From positions 179,304,001 to 179,368,000 of the forward strand of contig NC_091984.1 in the NCBI RefSeq assembly GCF_044704955.1: 64,000 nt of DNA. The letters are read 5' to 3'. Below, piece after piece: positions 12,013-25,214 of the stretch (within the stretch, counting starts at the first letter, position 1; each line of letters starts with the position of its first letter). The position numbers were made by a program, and so were the translations under genes. The notes below the pieces were generated by a model. The model searched no databases. It was not told where the DNA came from and was given only the letters and a program-made list of their open reading frames with translations. The stretch is from Pristiophorus japonicus. Its lineage: Eukaryota.

Positions 12013-13679
12013 ATAAATAAATGTTTCGCTATGTACGTCTGGGATTCCTGAAGTGCGACTTTTCAATTGTTGGCTTAATCCGGTTGTGGGAAAACTGCTT
12101 TTGAACTTATATTTATAATTCTCCGAATCTCTCTTTGTGTTTAGAGGGAGAGGTATTTCTATTCTGATTGCCAAATTCTCATGAAACTGTCGCACAACAA
12201 TTACAATGTTATGGAAGACGTTCCAAAATCCGAATCATTATTTTTGAGTGGGTAGAATTGAGCTTGCACCAGTTTAATTATAATTTATTGGTGATTTGAA
12301 ACATATTTGTAAAGCATTGGTCAATCTGCATGAGAGGTTATTTAAAAATGTCTCGGTACTTTTGACTGACTTACAATGTCCTCGCGTGGTGATTAATGAC
12401 TCGCTAGAGCTAAAAAATATATATATTGTGAAATATTTTCTACTTCCCCGACACGGTGCCATTAAAGATTCCGCACCAGAGAATTGGAGCCTGTGTCGTT
12501 AGTGCATTTCATCTTAAACATCAATTCACAATTTCATCAGTATGTAACGAAGAACTATAAATAATAGTGATGTTAGAAATGTTAATATAAATTACAAATT
12601 TGAAGACGTTGATGTTCTTTTTGACAGGCATATTAAGGTTATCAGAGATAAAATGAGATTGGAGATTTGTTGCCTTTGGAAAAACATTGTAAATGGAGGC
12701 AGCCATATCCTGTCTTGTATAATTCTACGTTTTAAGGAAACAGGGAAATATTAGCTGAAGAGAGATTAGCGTAATCAGGTCAAATGATGCGTTCTGGGTG
12801 ACTATGATCTCCTGGATCTGGCTTGATCACTTTCAAGAGTTCCAGAGAATTTGCCCAATCATTTCCCGGAATTGGGCACGTATTTATCGCTGTTTTGGCT
12901 CCTCAGAACATGACAGTACGGGAAGGTGCATGAGTGGATATTCTCAGCCTGAAACTCCTTTTTGATCTATCCCTTTGTATATTTGTAGCTTTGTAAAACC
13001 ATCAATGTTTCATCCCGCACCGATATTATAACAACTGACAGATTCATTACAGTCGAATTCGATTCATTTTGTATGAATAGAACCGCGGGATGGGCATTCG
13101 TAAAAAAGTATAACCGTGCAGTTAATCCGAGAGGCTCAAACCACATTGTTCTTGGAATATTTAGCTACATGCCGTAGAAAGTCGCTGCGCTGTGTTATAA
13201 ATGGTTCCATTCAACTTGAATCTAGTGCAAGTTCAATTTCAAAAACAATTTTAAAAGAGCAGGATATTTTACTTTTAAGCTATTTAGACATCTGGTGGTT
13301 GGTTTGTCTCTGTTCGTTACTTTCTCATGTGTGGAGCAAAACGTTTTAGACTTAAACCCCCTTTCCCGCCCTCACATCAGAATATAGTAACCGGGTAACA
13401 GGTTATGCCTGTTCCACCATTCTATTGGATCATGGCTGATATGTACCTCAACTCCATTTATCCGCCTTTGCTCCATATACATTGATACCCTGAGCCCACA
13501 AAAATCTATCGATCTCAGTTTACCCAACAGCAACAACCTCTTTGTGGCAGGGAGTTTCAGACTTCCACCACCCTTTGTCTAAAAGACTGCTTCCTGACTT
13601 CACGACTTTATGCCACGGCCCAAGCTTTAAGACCTTGCCTTATTGTTCTGGATCCGCCCACCAGAGGAAATAGTGATAT

Positions 13680-13950
13680 GGAGGGAGTGCGTCACTGAAG
13701 GAAATGCCTTCCTTTGGATGACGCCATAAAGAGGAGCTCCACATTCCTGTTCAAGTGGACGTTCACGATCCCATTCCATTATGCGAGGAAAAGCAGAAAA
13801 TCACAGTCCATACCCCAGCTCTGCCTCAATCATTGCCTTAAAAGAAACGGTTTTGTGTTTGTAGCTTCTTGCTTTGTTTAAGTTTACTATCACCGCGCTG
13901 TAAAGTAATATATGTGAGAATTGATGTGCTGCTATATAATGCCCCTCGTT
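13680..13950 (+). mobile_element. Degenerate Deu-type SINE in the J-C intron (paralog 35270-35530)
   Basis: Similar to the 5' part of the SINE at 56420-56770. Confidence 0.45.
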
Positions 13951-14129
13951 ATTATTTTTATATTAACATAAACAAGTAGAAGCAGCTGAGCTTTCTTCAA
14001 CAGGTGGTTTCACGTCTAACTCCGCAGCTAAAATCGACAAACTTGCTAGCGATTACATCAAATAGCTAGGCAAGTGTGACTCTGCCAGTGTGCAATAGTA
14101 GTCCCAGCATTCACATGATAACCGACTGA

Positions 14130-14565
14130 AAAGGCTGGACAGCTTGGGGCTCTGAATCATTGGAAATGCTGGGCGGTGACCTAATAGAGGTACTTAAATT
14201 GATGAAAGGGTTTGATAGTGTAGATGTAGGAAAGATGTTTCCACTTGAGGGGTAGTCCAAAACCAGGGATCGAAAATAGTAGATACTCAAAAATAAATGC
14301 AATAATGAATTCAGGAGAAACGTATTTGCCCGCAGAGTGGTTAGAATGTGGAAGTTGCTAGCAGAGGGAGCAGTTGAAGAGAAATTCTTATATGGCTTTA
14401 AGGGGAAACTAGCTAAGCACGTGCGTACGAAATGGATAGAATGATATGCAGCTAGGGATCGATGAAGTACGATGGGAGGCGGATCGTGTGGAGAATTAAC
14501 ACCGGCATAGACCAGTGGGGCGGAATGGCCTTTTTCTGTGCTGTAAATTCGATGTAGTTCCATGT
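14130..14565 (+). mobile_element. Old CR1 3' fragment in the J-C intron (paralog 35670-36100)
   Basis: GDLIEV-type coding remnant plus tail; present in both units. Confidence 0.7.
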
Positions 14566-15228
14566 AAAAATACGAGTTTGGCGCCGTTGAGCGTTATTAA
14601 ATTTGCATCGTAACATTCTTAATAGGTTTGGCCTACACATTAAAAGACAATTAAAAGAAAGAAAAACTATAATCTTCAGAATTAATCCAAAAAAGCGTCT
14701 AGTACCTATAAGGTAAGAACAAGGGACACAAAGACACTAGTTGAAATGGAGTAACAACTACAACTCAGTTCAGCTATTCCTGTTTGCTAACCTGTATAAA
14801 TATGAATGATCAGCAACAACGTTCAGTCTGAGCGCTGCAAACTGTCATGAACAACATCGTCTGTATGTCCCAAATATAAATTCTACTTCTGAGTTTATAG
14901 ATGTATATTACTTACCTGCAGTCTTAGTCCGCACTGAAAAATCAATAAACATCTGTCAATGTATTACTTACTCATGCATCTTAGAATCTTTTAGAATATT
15001 GATAGAACAGTTTTGGCAACCTGTAACAAGACGCAAGCAGTGGATATTTGTCCAGTGATTCCGGGACTGATCACCCCTGAGCCAATCCCAACGTGTATTA
15101 GAGATAATTCTGGAAAACAAATTGAAGTTGGCATTAACAACAAAATATAGAGGTAATGGAGAACTTAGCAGAATATATACACAAATACAGCGCCAGCCAC
15201 GCTGGTGGCCTTCTTCCACTAGCGTACG

Positions 15229-16062
15229 TGAAGTATAATGTGGATAAATGTGAGGTTATCCACTTTGGTGGTAAAAACAGAGAGACAGACTATTATCTGA
15301 ATGGTGACAGATTAGGAAAAGGGGAGGTGCAAAGAGACCTGGGTGTCATGGTACATCAGTCATTGAAGGTTGGCATGCAGGTGCAGCAGGCGGTTAAGAA
15401 AGCAAATGGCATGTTGGCCTTCATAGCAAGGGGATTTGAGTACAGGGGCAGGGAGGTGTTGCTACAGTTGTACAGGGCATTGGTGAGGCCACACCTGGAG
15501 TATTGTGTACAGTTTTGGTCTCCTAACCTGAGGAAGGACATTCTTGCTATTGAGGGAGTGCAGCGAAGGTTCACCAGACTGATTCCCGGGATGGCGGGAC
15601 TGACCTATCAAGAAAGACTGGATCAACTGGGCTTGTATTCACTGGAGTTCAGAAGAATGAGAGGGGACCTCATAGAAACATATAAAATTCTGACGGGGTT
15701 AGACAGGTTAGATGCAGGAAGAATGTTCCCAATGTTGGGGAAGTCCAGAACCAGGGGTCACAGTCTAAGGATAAGGGGTAAGCCATTTAGGACCGAGATG
15801 CGGAGGAACTTCTTCACCCAGAGAGTGGTGAACCTGTGGAATTCTCTACCACAGAAAGTTGTTGAGGCCAATTCACTAAATATATTCAAAAAGGAGTTAG
15901 ATGAGGTCCTTACTGCTAGGGGGATCAAGGGGTATGGCGAGAAAGCAGGAATGGGGTACTGAAGTTGAATGTTCAGCCATGAACTCATTGAATGGCGGTG
16001 CAGGCTAGAAGGGCCGAATGGCCTACTCCTGCACCTATTTTCTATGTTTCTATGTTTCTATG
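15229..16062 (+). mobile_element. Young 5'-truncated CR1 LINE
   Basis: ORF 15156-15962 is RT C-terminus; (TTTCTATG)n tail; empty site in unit 2 at about 38450. Confidence 0.96.
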
Positions 16063-17399
16063 TGATGGGGAACACCGACTCCCTGCGCGAATTTATTCAT
16101 GTGGTAGAGAAATAGTGCCCGAAAGCAATATAAAAACAAAACCAAAGCAGCGATGGGCCAAGTTTTGATTGCCGTTACTAAGGAAGTTGAAATTTAGAAT
16201 AAGAATCGAAGAACTAGTATAAAAGAATAAAGGGTGAGCAGCAAGGATTATGTGTAACCTGTCAAGAACTAATAACGCAACTAGAATAGTGTTCAAAACA
16301 ATGTAGTAAATTAAAGGAAATTGTGCAGGAGGAGGATGAATATCACCAGGGGTTAAAGTGAGTCCGAGGCTGTGATGCAGTTAGATAAAGATGTATCGGC
16401 TCTGTACATCTAATGTAACAGAAGAATTGTGAGACAAAATAATTCAATTAAAATCCACAAACCTGTTACCCAGACCTCCACAAGGCCCAGGCTTGGTTGA
16501 AGATTCTGATTAATGGGTGATTACATTGACAATAATGTGGTGGTACATAAACCATATCCCTGAGCTAGCAAACAAGGTGGCATAACAGGAGCTCCAATGC
16601 AAGCCTGAGAATGGGCATCACTTACACCTAATTGAGAACGTAAATCAGTAGAAAACTGGGGTAAGTAGTCAATATCATAGATTAAATTTTGAGTTGAGTT
16701 AATAAGGATAATTAAAGGAGAAGAGGATATCCCTTTCCTACCGTTGACAGGGGCTACATCGGGATCTTTGCTTGTTTGCGTGTACTGCTTTGTTTTAAAT
16801 TTCCCTGTGAAACTGCAGACTGTAGAACTATGCCCGTGATGGCACCGTCCACTTTTCACAGTGATTCTCTAAAATCTAAACTCTTCATCAAAATTGGTAT
16901 AAATATTTAAAGCCTGCAAGAGCTGTTTTCTCCTTTATTGATAAATTGAATGGAAAGGCAGGGAAACAATCCAGTGGGGCGAATATAAATTATATTTTAC
17001 AGCCAAGGTCATAACTACTGCTACCTGTAAGAGGAGTTATATTGAGCAGACTGACGAGCATCATATTAATTTAGATCGCAGTAATTTTAGAAGGGATTAA
17101 AGGAATTAAGTTAGTCTCAGAGCACAAAGGAAGAGATTAGCACAAAAGTGTGGAAAGATGCATTGTCTGGATTTAGGTTAGGTGTATAAAATAATCACAG
17201 GCTTTCTCTGTAATGAATATCTATAAGCGATAATGAAGTGAAGGGAATTAGGGCAGACTGTCAGAGAGCCAAAAAAACGGCAGCGATACGAGTAGGCATG
17301 TGGAACTTCTGAGGTACAAATTACACTGCATATTGCTATGATATTTTAACAGATTGTAACACAAACGCGGTTAAGTAATAACATTATGAGTAAAGCACA

Positions 17400-17600
17400 A
17401 TGTTGGTCCTATAACCCTCCTATTTCTCATATACATGCTGCCCCTCCTCGACAGCATCAAAAAACACAATATCAAGTTCCACATGCATGCTGATGATACC
17501 CAATTGTACCTCACCACCTTTTCTCTCAATCACTCCACTGCCTCTGTGCTGTCAGACATCCAGTTTTATCTGACAGAAATATCGTCCAATTAACAAGCTT
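17400..17600 (+). mobile_element. L2-type LINE RT fragment (paralog 39800-39980)
   Basis: aagttccacatgcatgctgatgatacccaattgtac encodes FHMHADDTQLY (YADD in family consensus). Confidence 0.6.
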
Positions 17601-17974
17601 AGGCTATTAAACCTGTACCCATAAGTTAACCCATTTAGCTGCAGTATATATCTGGTGAATCCTCGCTGCACTCTGCAATGCACGAATATCATTCTTGATG
17701 TGCGGTGCCCAGAACTGACACAGTACTCTAGATTGGGGCTAAATAGATCTCTGTACAGCTGTAACGTAATTTCTACACATTACCATTCCAGCTCTCTTGC
17801 GACAAAGACCAACAATCCATTAGCCATTTAAATTATTTTTGTAGCTTGAAATAATTTCTGTACTTGCACCCCTAAATCTCTGTGCATCCACAATTCCTAG
17901 CTTCTTGCATTTAGAAAATACTCTTTCTTAGTTACAAAGTGGATGATCTCACGCTTTCCTGCATTGATCTGCAT

Positions 17975-20145
17975 AGAGGCCCACATATTCCAGGGAAGCA
18001 AGGTTTGTGCGCGTCCCTGGGATGACGTGGGCCGGCCCAACAAATTGAAGTGGAGGTATTCTCATTCATACTTGTGGTGATTTCATATGTCTGCAATCAT
18101 CATAAATATGAATGGGAATACTGCCCAAAACACACAACCACTTAAAATATTTTTTTTGAAAATCATCACATGTTTAAAATTAATCCAAATTGAATTCATT
18201 ATTTAAAACAAAAATTAAATGTTTTGAATTTTTGTTAATATAATTTAAAGGGTCTAAAAATAAACTTACCCTGATTTAATAGCTTTTAAACATTTAACTT
18301 ATTGACAAAAATGTGATTTAATGTCCATTAAAAGTCTTACGTAGATAAAGGCAGGCCTGCTTTTACCAGTTAAGAGAATTTGAAAGGCAGTCCCTGGGCA
18401 GGAGTTGGGCAAATAGCCCACCTATACATCCACGGAGGCCCTTTATTTTCGGATGCATAGAAACATAGAAACATAGAAAATAGGTGCAGGAGCAGGCCAT
18501 TCAGCCCTTCTAGCCTGCACCGCCATTCAATGAGTTCATGGCTGAACATGAAACTTCAGTACCCGCTTCCTGCTTTCTCGCCATAACCCTTGATCCCCCG
18601 AGTAGTAAGGACTTCATCTAACTCCCTTTTGAATATATTTAGTGAATTGGCCTCAACTACTTTCTGTGGTAGAGAATTCCACAGGTTCACCACTCTCTGG
18701 GTGAAGAAGATTCTCCTCATCTCGGTCCTAAATGGCTTACCCCTTATCCTCAGACTGTGACACCTGGTTCTGGACTTCCCCAACATTGGGAACATTCTTC
18801 CTGCATCTAACCTGTCTAAACCCGTCAGAATTTTAAACGTTTCCATGAGGTCCCCTCTCATTCTTCTGAACTCCAGTAAATATAAGCCCAGTTGATCCAG
18901 TCTTTCTTGCTAGGTCAGTCCCGCCATCCCGGGAATCAGTTTGGTGAATCTTCGCTGCACTCCCTCAATAGCAAGAATGTCCTTCCTCAAGTTAGGAGAC
19001 CAGAATTGTACACAATACTCCAGGTGTGGCCTCATCAAGGTCCTGTACAACTGTAGCAACACCTCCCTGCCCCTGTATTCAAATCCCCTCGCTATGAAGG
19101 CCAACATGCCATTTGCTTTCTTAACCGCCTGCTGTACCTGCATGCTAACCTTCAATGACTGATGTACCATGACACCCAGGTCTCGTTGCACCTTCCCTTT
19201 TCCTAATCTGTCACCATTCAGATAATAGTCTGTCTCTCTGTTTTTACCACCAAAGTGGATAACCTCACATTTATCCACATTATACTTCATCCGCCATGCA
19301 TTTGCCCACTCACCTAACCTATCCAAGTCACTCTGCAGCCTAATAGCATCCTCCTCGCAGCTCACACTGCCACTCAACTTAGTGTCATCCGCAAATTTGG
19401 AGATACTGCATTTAATCCCCTCGTCTAAATCATTAATGTACAATGTAAACAGCTGGGGCCCCAGCACAGAACCTTGCGGCACTCCACTAGTCACTGCCTG
19501 CCATTCTGAAAAGTACCCGTTTACTCCTACTCTTTGCTTCCTGTCTGACAACCAGTTCTCAATCCACGTCAGCACACTACCACCAATCCCATGTGCTTTA
19601 ACTTTGCACATTAATCTCTTGTGTGGGACCTTGTCGAAAGCCTTCTGAAAGTCCAAATATACCACATCAACTGGTTCTCCTTTGTCCACTTTACTGGAAG
19701 CATCCTCAAAAAATTCCAGAAGATTTGTCAAGCATGATTTCCCTTTCACAAATCCATGCTGACTTGGACCTATCATGTCACCATTTTCCAGATGCACTGC
19801 TATGACATCCTTAATAATTGATTCCATCATTTTACCCACTACTGAGGTCAGGCTGACCGGTCTATAATTCCCTGTTTTCTCTCTCCCTCCTTTTTTAAAA
19901 AGTGGGGTTACATTGGCTACCCTCCACTCCATAGGAACTGATCCAGAGTCAATGGAATGTTGGAAAATGACTGTCAATGCATCCGCTATTTCCAAGGCCA
20001 CCTCTGTCATGAGGATTCTTGACAGAATGCAAGTTCCGGGTTGCTGCGCAAGCGCTTATCATGTGTACACCCTGAACTTGTGGGGGCCCCTATAGGGGTG
20101 CGTGCGCACCTCATGCATGCCTGTAGGGGCAGTGATTTCAGGGCC
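17975..20145. mobile_element. Harbinger-type MITE, left end deleted, with nested CR1 (paralog 40403-41122)
   Basis: Right end ATTTCAGGGCC followed by AAT; internal similarity to 60763-61458. Confidence 0.6.
18456..20004 (-). mobile_element. Young 5'-truncated CR1 LINE
   Basis: 366-aa RT ORF 18910-20010 (FADD) plus 18556-18861; (CATAGAAA)n tail; empty site at about 40977-40983. Confidence 0.96.
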
Positions 20146-20181
20146 AATATCCTTTTGCAACTTTCTGCCATCATCTATATT

Positions 20182-20941
20182 GGCCTTGACTTTGTCGTCC
20201 ATGTGAGGCCATGCTCTCAGAGTACGCCATGATAGCGCCTTTGAAATTGGCCAAAAGTTCGGAATTTCTGCTTGGGCATGTGCTAATTTACGAACTTGCG
20301 ATCTGTCAAATTCCATCTCCACGTTGGTTTCGCTGTACATTGCACATCCGGGTTGAACTCAACGTCCTGACAAAAAGTAAGGTTAATTGCCCACCTAATT
20401 ACCCTTGAAGATTTTATGGTTGGTGCAAACAGGTGCATGAGCCATTTAACACAGTGCAAGAGGAGAATGGATGCAAACATTGTATAGGTATTCATTACCT
20501 TGAAGGTAATTTAACAATGCCTTCTCAGTTTAGCGCGCCTGTTTGGTCAAAACCCATTAGAATAAGCATTAGGATGCAATGCTGACACTGAATGATCTTA
20601 CCCCCGGCAAGTTCGCTTTTCATTCATTTAATCTTTTATCGATTTGTTAAAACGGAAATGTTTTCCACTGTCCAAATGCGGTACGTTATTTTACAAGTGA
20701 ACACTACACAAAACACTGAGAGCATCAACAGCCAGAAACAATAGTAATCTCCTCTGTCTCCTGATAAGAGTTAGGAAGTGACAGAAACACCGCCCACGTG
20801 ATTCCAGGTACGCCACGACGCTGCACACAACTGCAAAACAATGCAGGTTCGCGGAGGGCGTTTGCATCAGGTAAGTGCAGATTTCTTATGGATGCCAGCG
20901 GCATATTTTCTAGCTACTTTGCCAAACGCAAATCCAGGGCC
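20182..20941. mobile_element. Harbinger-type MITE (paralog 41159-41933)
   Basis: Terminal inverted repeats GGCCTTGACTTTG / CAAATCCAGGGCC; ATT duplicated on both sides. Confidence 0.7.
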
Positions 20942-21219
20942 ATTATTTGAGTTACCACCAAGCTAAGTTTCGTCAACAGATTTACATATTGCTTCTATTG
21001 CATCCAAGTCATTTCCTCATATAGTGAAAAGCTGCAGCTGCAGCGTAGATACCTAGCAGATAAAACTCGCCTCATTCTGACAATTTAAGTACATACCATT
21101 TATCCCTACTCTCTTTCTCCTACCCCCTAACCAATTCCCTATCAAAGCCAATAGGTTGCTTCCAATTCAAGTCGCTTTCATTTTTGTTAACCTTCTCCTA
21201 CGCGGAACATTGTCAAATC

Positions 21220-21680
21220 ACTCCTCTACTCGCTGATCTAACTTAGCTGCTGGTTCACCAAGCCTCGATATTAAAAATCTCATCCCCATATTCAAATCCC
21301 TCCAATATCTCTCCTTTCCCTATCTATGTAAACGCCTCAAGCCAGATAAACCTCTGCTAATTCTGAACTCCTTCAACTCTGGGTTCTTGTGCATCTCCCA
21401 CTTCCTTCACCCCACCAGTGGAGGTCGTGCCTTCAGACGTCTAGTCCTTAAACTCTGGAATTACCACCGCAAACCTCTTTGTGATTCCACCTCTCTCTTC
21501 TCCTTTAACACACTGCTTACAAAATACCTCTTTGACTAAGTGTTTGGCTACTTGTCCTAATGCCATTAGCTCAGTGTCAATTGTTGTCTGTTTGCACCCC
21601 TGTGAAGCTCCTCGGTCGATTACCTAGATTAAAGGTGCTAAATAAATGTTTGTTCTTGTTGTTGTTGTTGTTGATGTTAT
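21220..21680 (+). mobile_element. L2-type LINE 3' end with (TTG)n tail (paralog 42210-42665)
   Basis: ggtcgtgccttcag...ctctggaat motif; tail at 21656-21675. Confidence 0.6.
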
Positions 21681-21839
21681 TATGTAGATAACAAGAACAA
21701 AAATAAAAGTAGCTGTGACCCCCTGAGCAAAAATTACTCAAAGCCGTATCCATTCGAAGCAACATTCACTTACCCTGACTCAATGTTATCTGTCCTAAAA
21801 TAACTTTGTATCCATGCTGCTACATTATACCATAACCTT

Positions 21840-23862
21840 TGTGTCGAGGTGGAAGATGTTGGTAAGGTTCTTAATGAATACTTTGCTTCTGTTTTCAAAA
21901 CGGGATGAGGCAATGCAGATACTGATAGCGAGGAGGGGTGTGATATTCTGGATGAAATAAACATAGTGAGAGAGGAATTATTAAGGGGCTTAGCAGCTTT
22001 GAAAGTAGATAATTCCCCTGGCATGGATGAAATGCATTCCAGGCTGCTGAGGAACTAGCAGAGGCCCTGACCATCATTTTCCAGTCCTCTTTGGATTTGA
22101 GCATGTTGCCGGATGATTTGAGGACTGCTAATGTAGTACCGTTGTTTAAGAGAGAAAGCGATAGGCTGAGTAATTACAGGCCTGTCAGCCTAACATTAGT
22201 GGTGGGAAAATTATTGGAAAAGATACTGAAAGACAGGATAAATCTATCTTTGGAAAGGAGCAAGAATTAATTAGGGACAGTCAGCACGGATTTGGTAAGG
22301 GATGATCGTGTTTGACTAATTGAATTTTTTTGAGGAGCTAACCAAGAGGGTCGATTAGGGCAGCACGTACGATGTAGTGTATATTTACTTTAGCAAAGCT
22401 TTCGATAAGGTCCCACATGGTAGACTGATCACGAAAGTTAAAGCCCATGGGATCCAGGGCAAAGTGGCAAGTTGGATCCAAAATTGGCTTAGAGGTAGGA
22501 AGCAAAGGGTAATGGTTGATGGATGTTTTTGTGACTGGAAGGATGTTTCCAGTGGGGTTCCGCAGAGCTCAGTGCTGGGTCCCTTGCTTTTTGTGATATA
22601 TATAAATGATTTACATTTGAATAAAGGGAGTATGATTAAGAAGTTTGCAGACGACACTAAAATTGGCTGTGGTTGATAATGAAGAGGAAAGTCATGGGCT
22701 GCAAGAAGATATCAATCTACTGGTCAGGTGGGCAGAGCAGTGGCAAATTTAATTCAGAGAAGTGCGAGGTAATGCACTATGGGAGGGCTAATAATGAAAG
22801 GGTATACACATGAAACGATAGGCCAGTTAATAGTGTAGATGAACAAAGCGACCTTGGAGTGCTTGTCCATAGATCACTGAAAGTAGCAGGCTAGGTGAAT
22901 AAAGTGGTTTAGAAGGCATACGGAATGCATGCCTTTATTGGCTGAGGCATTAAATATAATAGAAGGGAGATTATGCTTAAGTTGTATAATACTTTGCTAG
23001 ACCACAGCTGGAGTACTGCTTGCAGTTCTCTTCGCCGTATTATCCGAAGGAGTTGATACTGGGATGCTGCCTGGAATGGAAAATCTTAGTTATGAGGATA
23101 GATTGGATAGGCTGGGTTTGTTCACATTAGAACAGAGAAGATTCAGAGGAGACCACATTGAGGTGTACAAAATATTGAGGGGATAGCAAGGGCCTATTTC
23201 CATTGGTGGAGGTGTCGATAACGAGGGGGCATAGTTTTAATGTGGTTGGTGGAAAGTTTAGAGGGAATTTGAAGGGGGGAGGTGATTCTTTATGCAGAGT
23301 GTTGTGGCACTCACTGCTTGGAAGAGTGGTGGATGCAGAAACCCTCACCACATTTAAGAGATGGTTGGATGGGCATTTAATGTGCCGTAACCTGCATGTT
23401 TACGGTCCTAGAGCTGGTAATTGGGATTAGACTGGATAACCTCTTGTTGGCCGGTGCAGATATGATGGTAAGTTCTGCAGGGAATCGAATATGGCCAGGA
23501 TGATCTCCTGATCTAGTTTCAATCACCTGGATCGGTCGGAGAGGAATTTTTCCAGATCCTTTTCCCCAAATTGGCCTGAGTTTTCAGTTGTTTTTTTTCC
23601 TCTCCCATGGTATCACATGGCTCCTCTTGGGTGGAGTGTAGAATGTTTTCAATTTTAGGGGTGTTGCAGCTGTGTGGGGCGGACTGGTCGGGCTGGGTGC
23701 TCTTTACCTTTCCGCCACTGTTCATTGTTCATAGGTTTATATGTAACCTAAAGGGCTGCTGACCGAGGGCCGTGCAGCTCCTTTTCGGCAGGCATGGACA
23801 CGATGGGCCGAAAGGGCCTCCTTCTGCACTGTAAATTTCTAAGCTTCTATGTTTCTATGTTT
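21840..23862 (+). mobile_element. CR1 LINE of a different subfamily, with long 3' UTR
   Basis: ORF 22377-22676 (KAFDKVPH...FADD); (TTTCTATG)-like tail; absent from unit 2. Confidence 0.9.
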
Positions 23863-24619
23863 CAATGAATGATTGAATCAAGTAAGCTTGATAACTTAAA
23901 TGGTCCTGGGTGAAATGGAACAGCACACAACAGGTAGAGCATGTTACTGTTACAATCCTTTGGTAAAGAGACTTTCACTATATCCACTGCTGCCAGGTGC
24001 AGAGGGGCCAGGTGTTTTCTACGTGTGGTGCTCGATTAATATGTCTGTAAATAAATCTAGTTAGTTAATCCAAGTTTCCGCTTTTGGTTGATATCTAATA
24101 TAAGATCACCATGCGGAAAGTGTGGTGAGAAGATTGAAAAAGTGAACAACTCATTAAAATCCCCTAAAATTACACCATACTGCCGACAGCGAGCTGTGAC
24201 AGGCATTCATTCTGCACAACGATAAATAAAAATATAAGCCAAAGACAGCTTTATCAAATATACTTCGACAACACTAGACTGAGATCTAAAGGCATTATGC
24301 TTCCAATCTTTTATAATATGTGTTATTAGTTAATTACAATAATGCAGACAGTATAAATGGGGTGTGAAATTTACGTTGTGAGTACAAGGGAGCCTCATTA
24401 ATAGTTATCTTTACAGAACCTCAAATTTGAAACTGTACAGGGAAGACATATCAAGGAGAACCAGTCAATCATATTGAGCCGCTGATTTACATGAAAGTTG
24501 AAGTATTCTATTATAATTACACATGATTCAGGAACTTTAAGTTCTTATGCGAATAACATTCCATGATTCCTGTGAAAACCACAATGCAGCTTTCTAATTG
24601 TTCATATGATTCAACGGTC

Positions 24620-25210
24620 ATCACCTATCTCCGCCCCTGCCTCAGCTCAGCTCATCTGCTGCTGAAACTCTCATCCATGTCTTTGTCACCTCAACTAGCG
24701 ACTATCCCAAAACTCTCCTTGCACTCTGCATAAACCTGGGCACATTCAAAACTCTAATGCCCCTATGATAACTCCCGTTGAACCATCACCACCATGCTCA
24801 CTGACCTACATTGGGTTTTGGTCCAGCAATGCCTCGATTTTAAAATTCTCAGCCTTGTTTTCAAATCCCTCCATGGCCGCACCCCTCCATATCTCGCTAA
24901 ACGCCTCCAGCCCAGAACCTTTTGAGATCTCTGCACTCCTCGAAATATGGACTCTTGAGCATCCGCGATTTTAATCGCTCCATCTTTGGATACGTACCTT
25001 CAGCTGCCCTGAATTTCCCTCCCTGAAAATCTCCGCCTCTCTAACTCTCTCTCCTTCGTTAAGATACTCTTTAAAACTACCTCTTTCACCAAGTTTTTGG
25101 TCACCTGCCCTAATATCTCCTTAAGTGGCTGGGTATTATCTTTTTTTAAAAATGCTCCTATGAAGCACCTTGGGCCATTGTACTACTTTAAAAGTGTGAT
25201 ATATATACAA
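24620..25210 (+). mobile_element. L2 LINE 3' fragment (paralog 44210-44800)
   Basis: gctgaaactctcatccatgtctttgtcacctca encodes AETLIHVFVTS, an L2 RT C-terminal motif. Confidence 0.7.
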
Positions 25211-25214
25211 GCTT

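Noticed and set aside
14601-14608. Isolated ATTTGCAT octamers (also 732 and 50955)
   Set aside because: The 14601 site is not conserved in the paralog (ACTTGCAC); a few are expected by chance in 64 kb of AT-rich DNA
15156-15962. Long RT ORFs (also 18910-20010, 9013-10152) as host genes or active elements
   Set aside because: Truncated or frameshifted CR1 copies with typical tails and, where checkable, empty paralogous sites; antisense ORFs over them are by-products
16857-16900. CACAGTG heptamer, also at 39227, as a stray RSS
   Set aside because: No nonamer at 12- or 23-nt spacing in either copy and no adjacent gene segment
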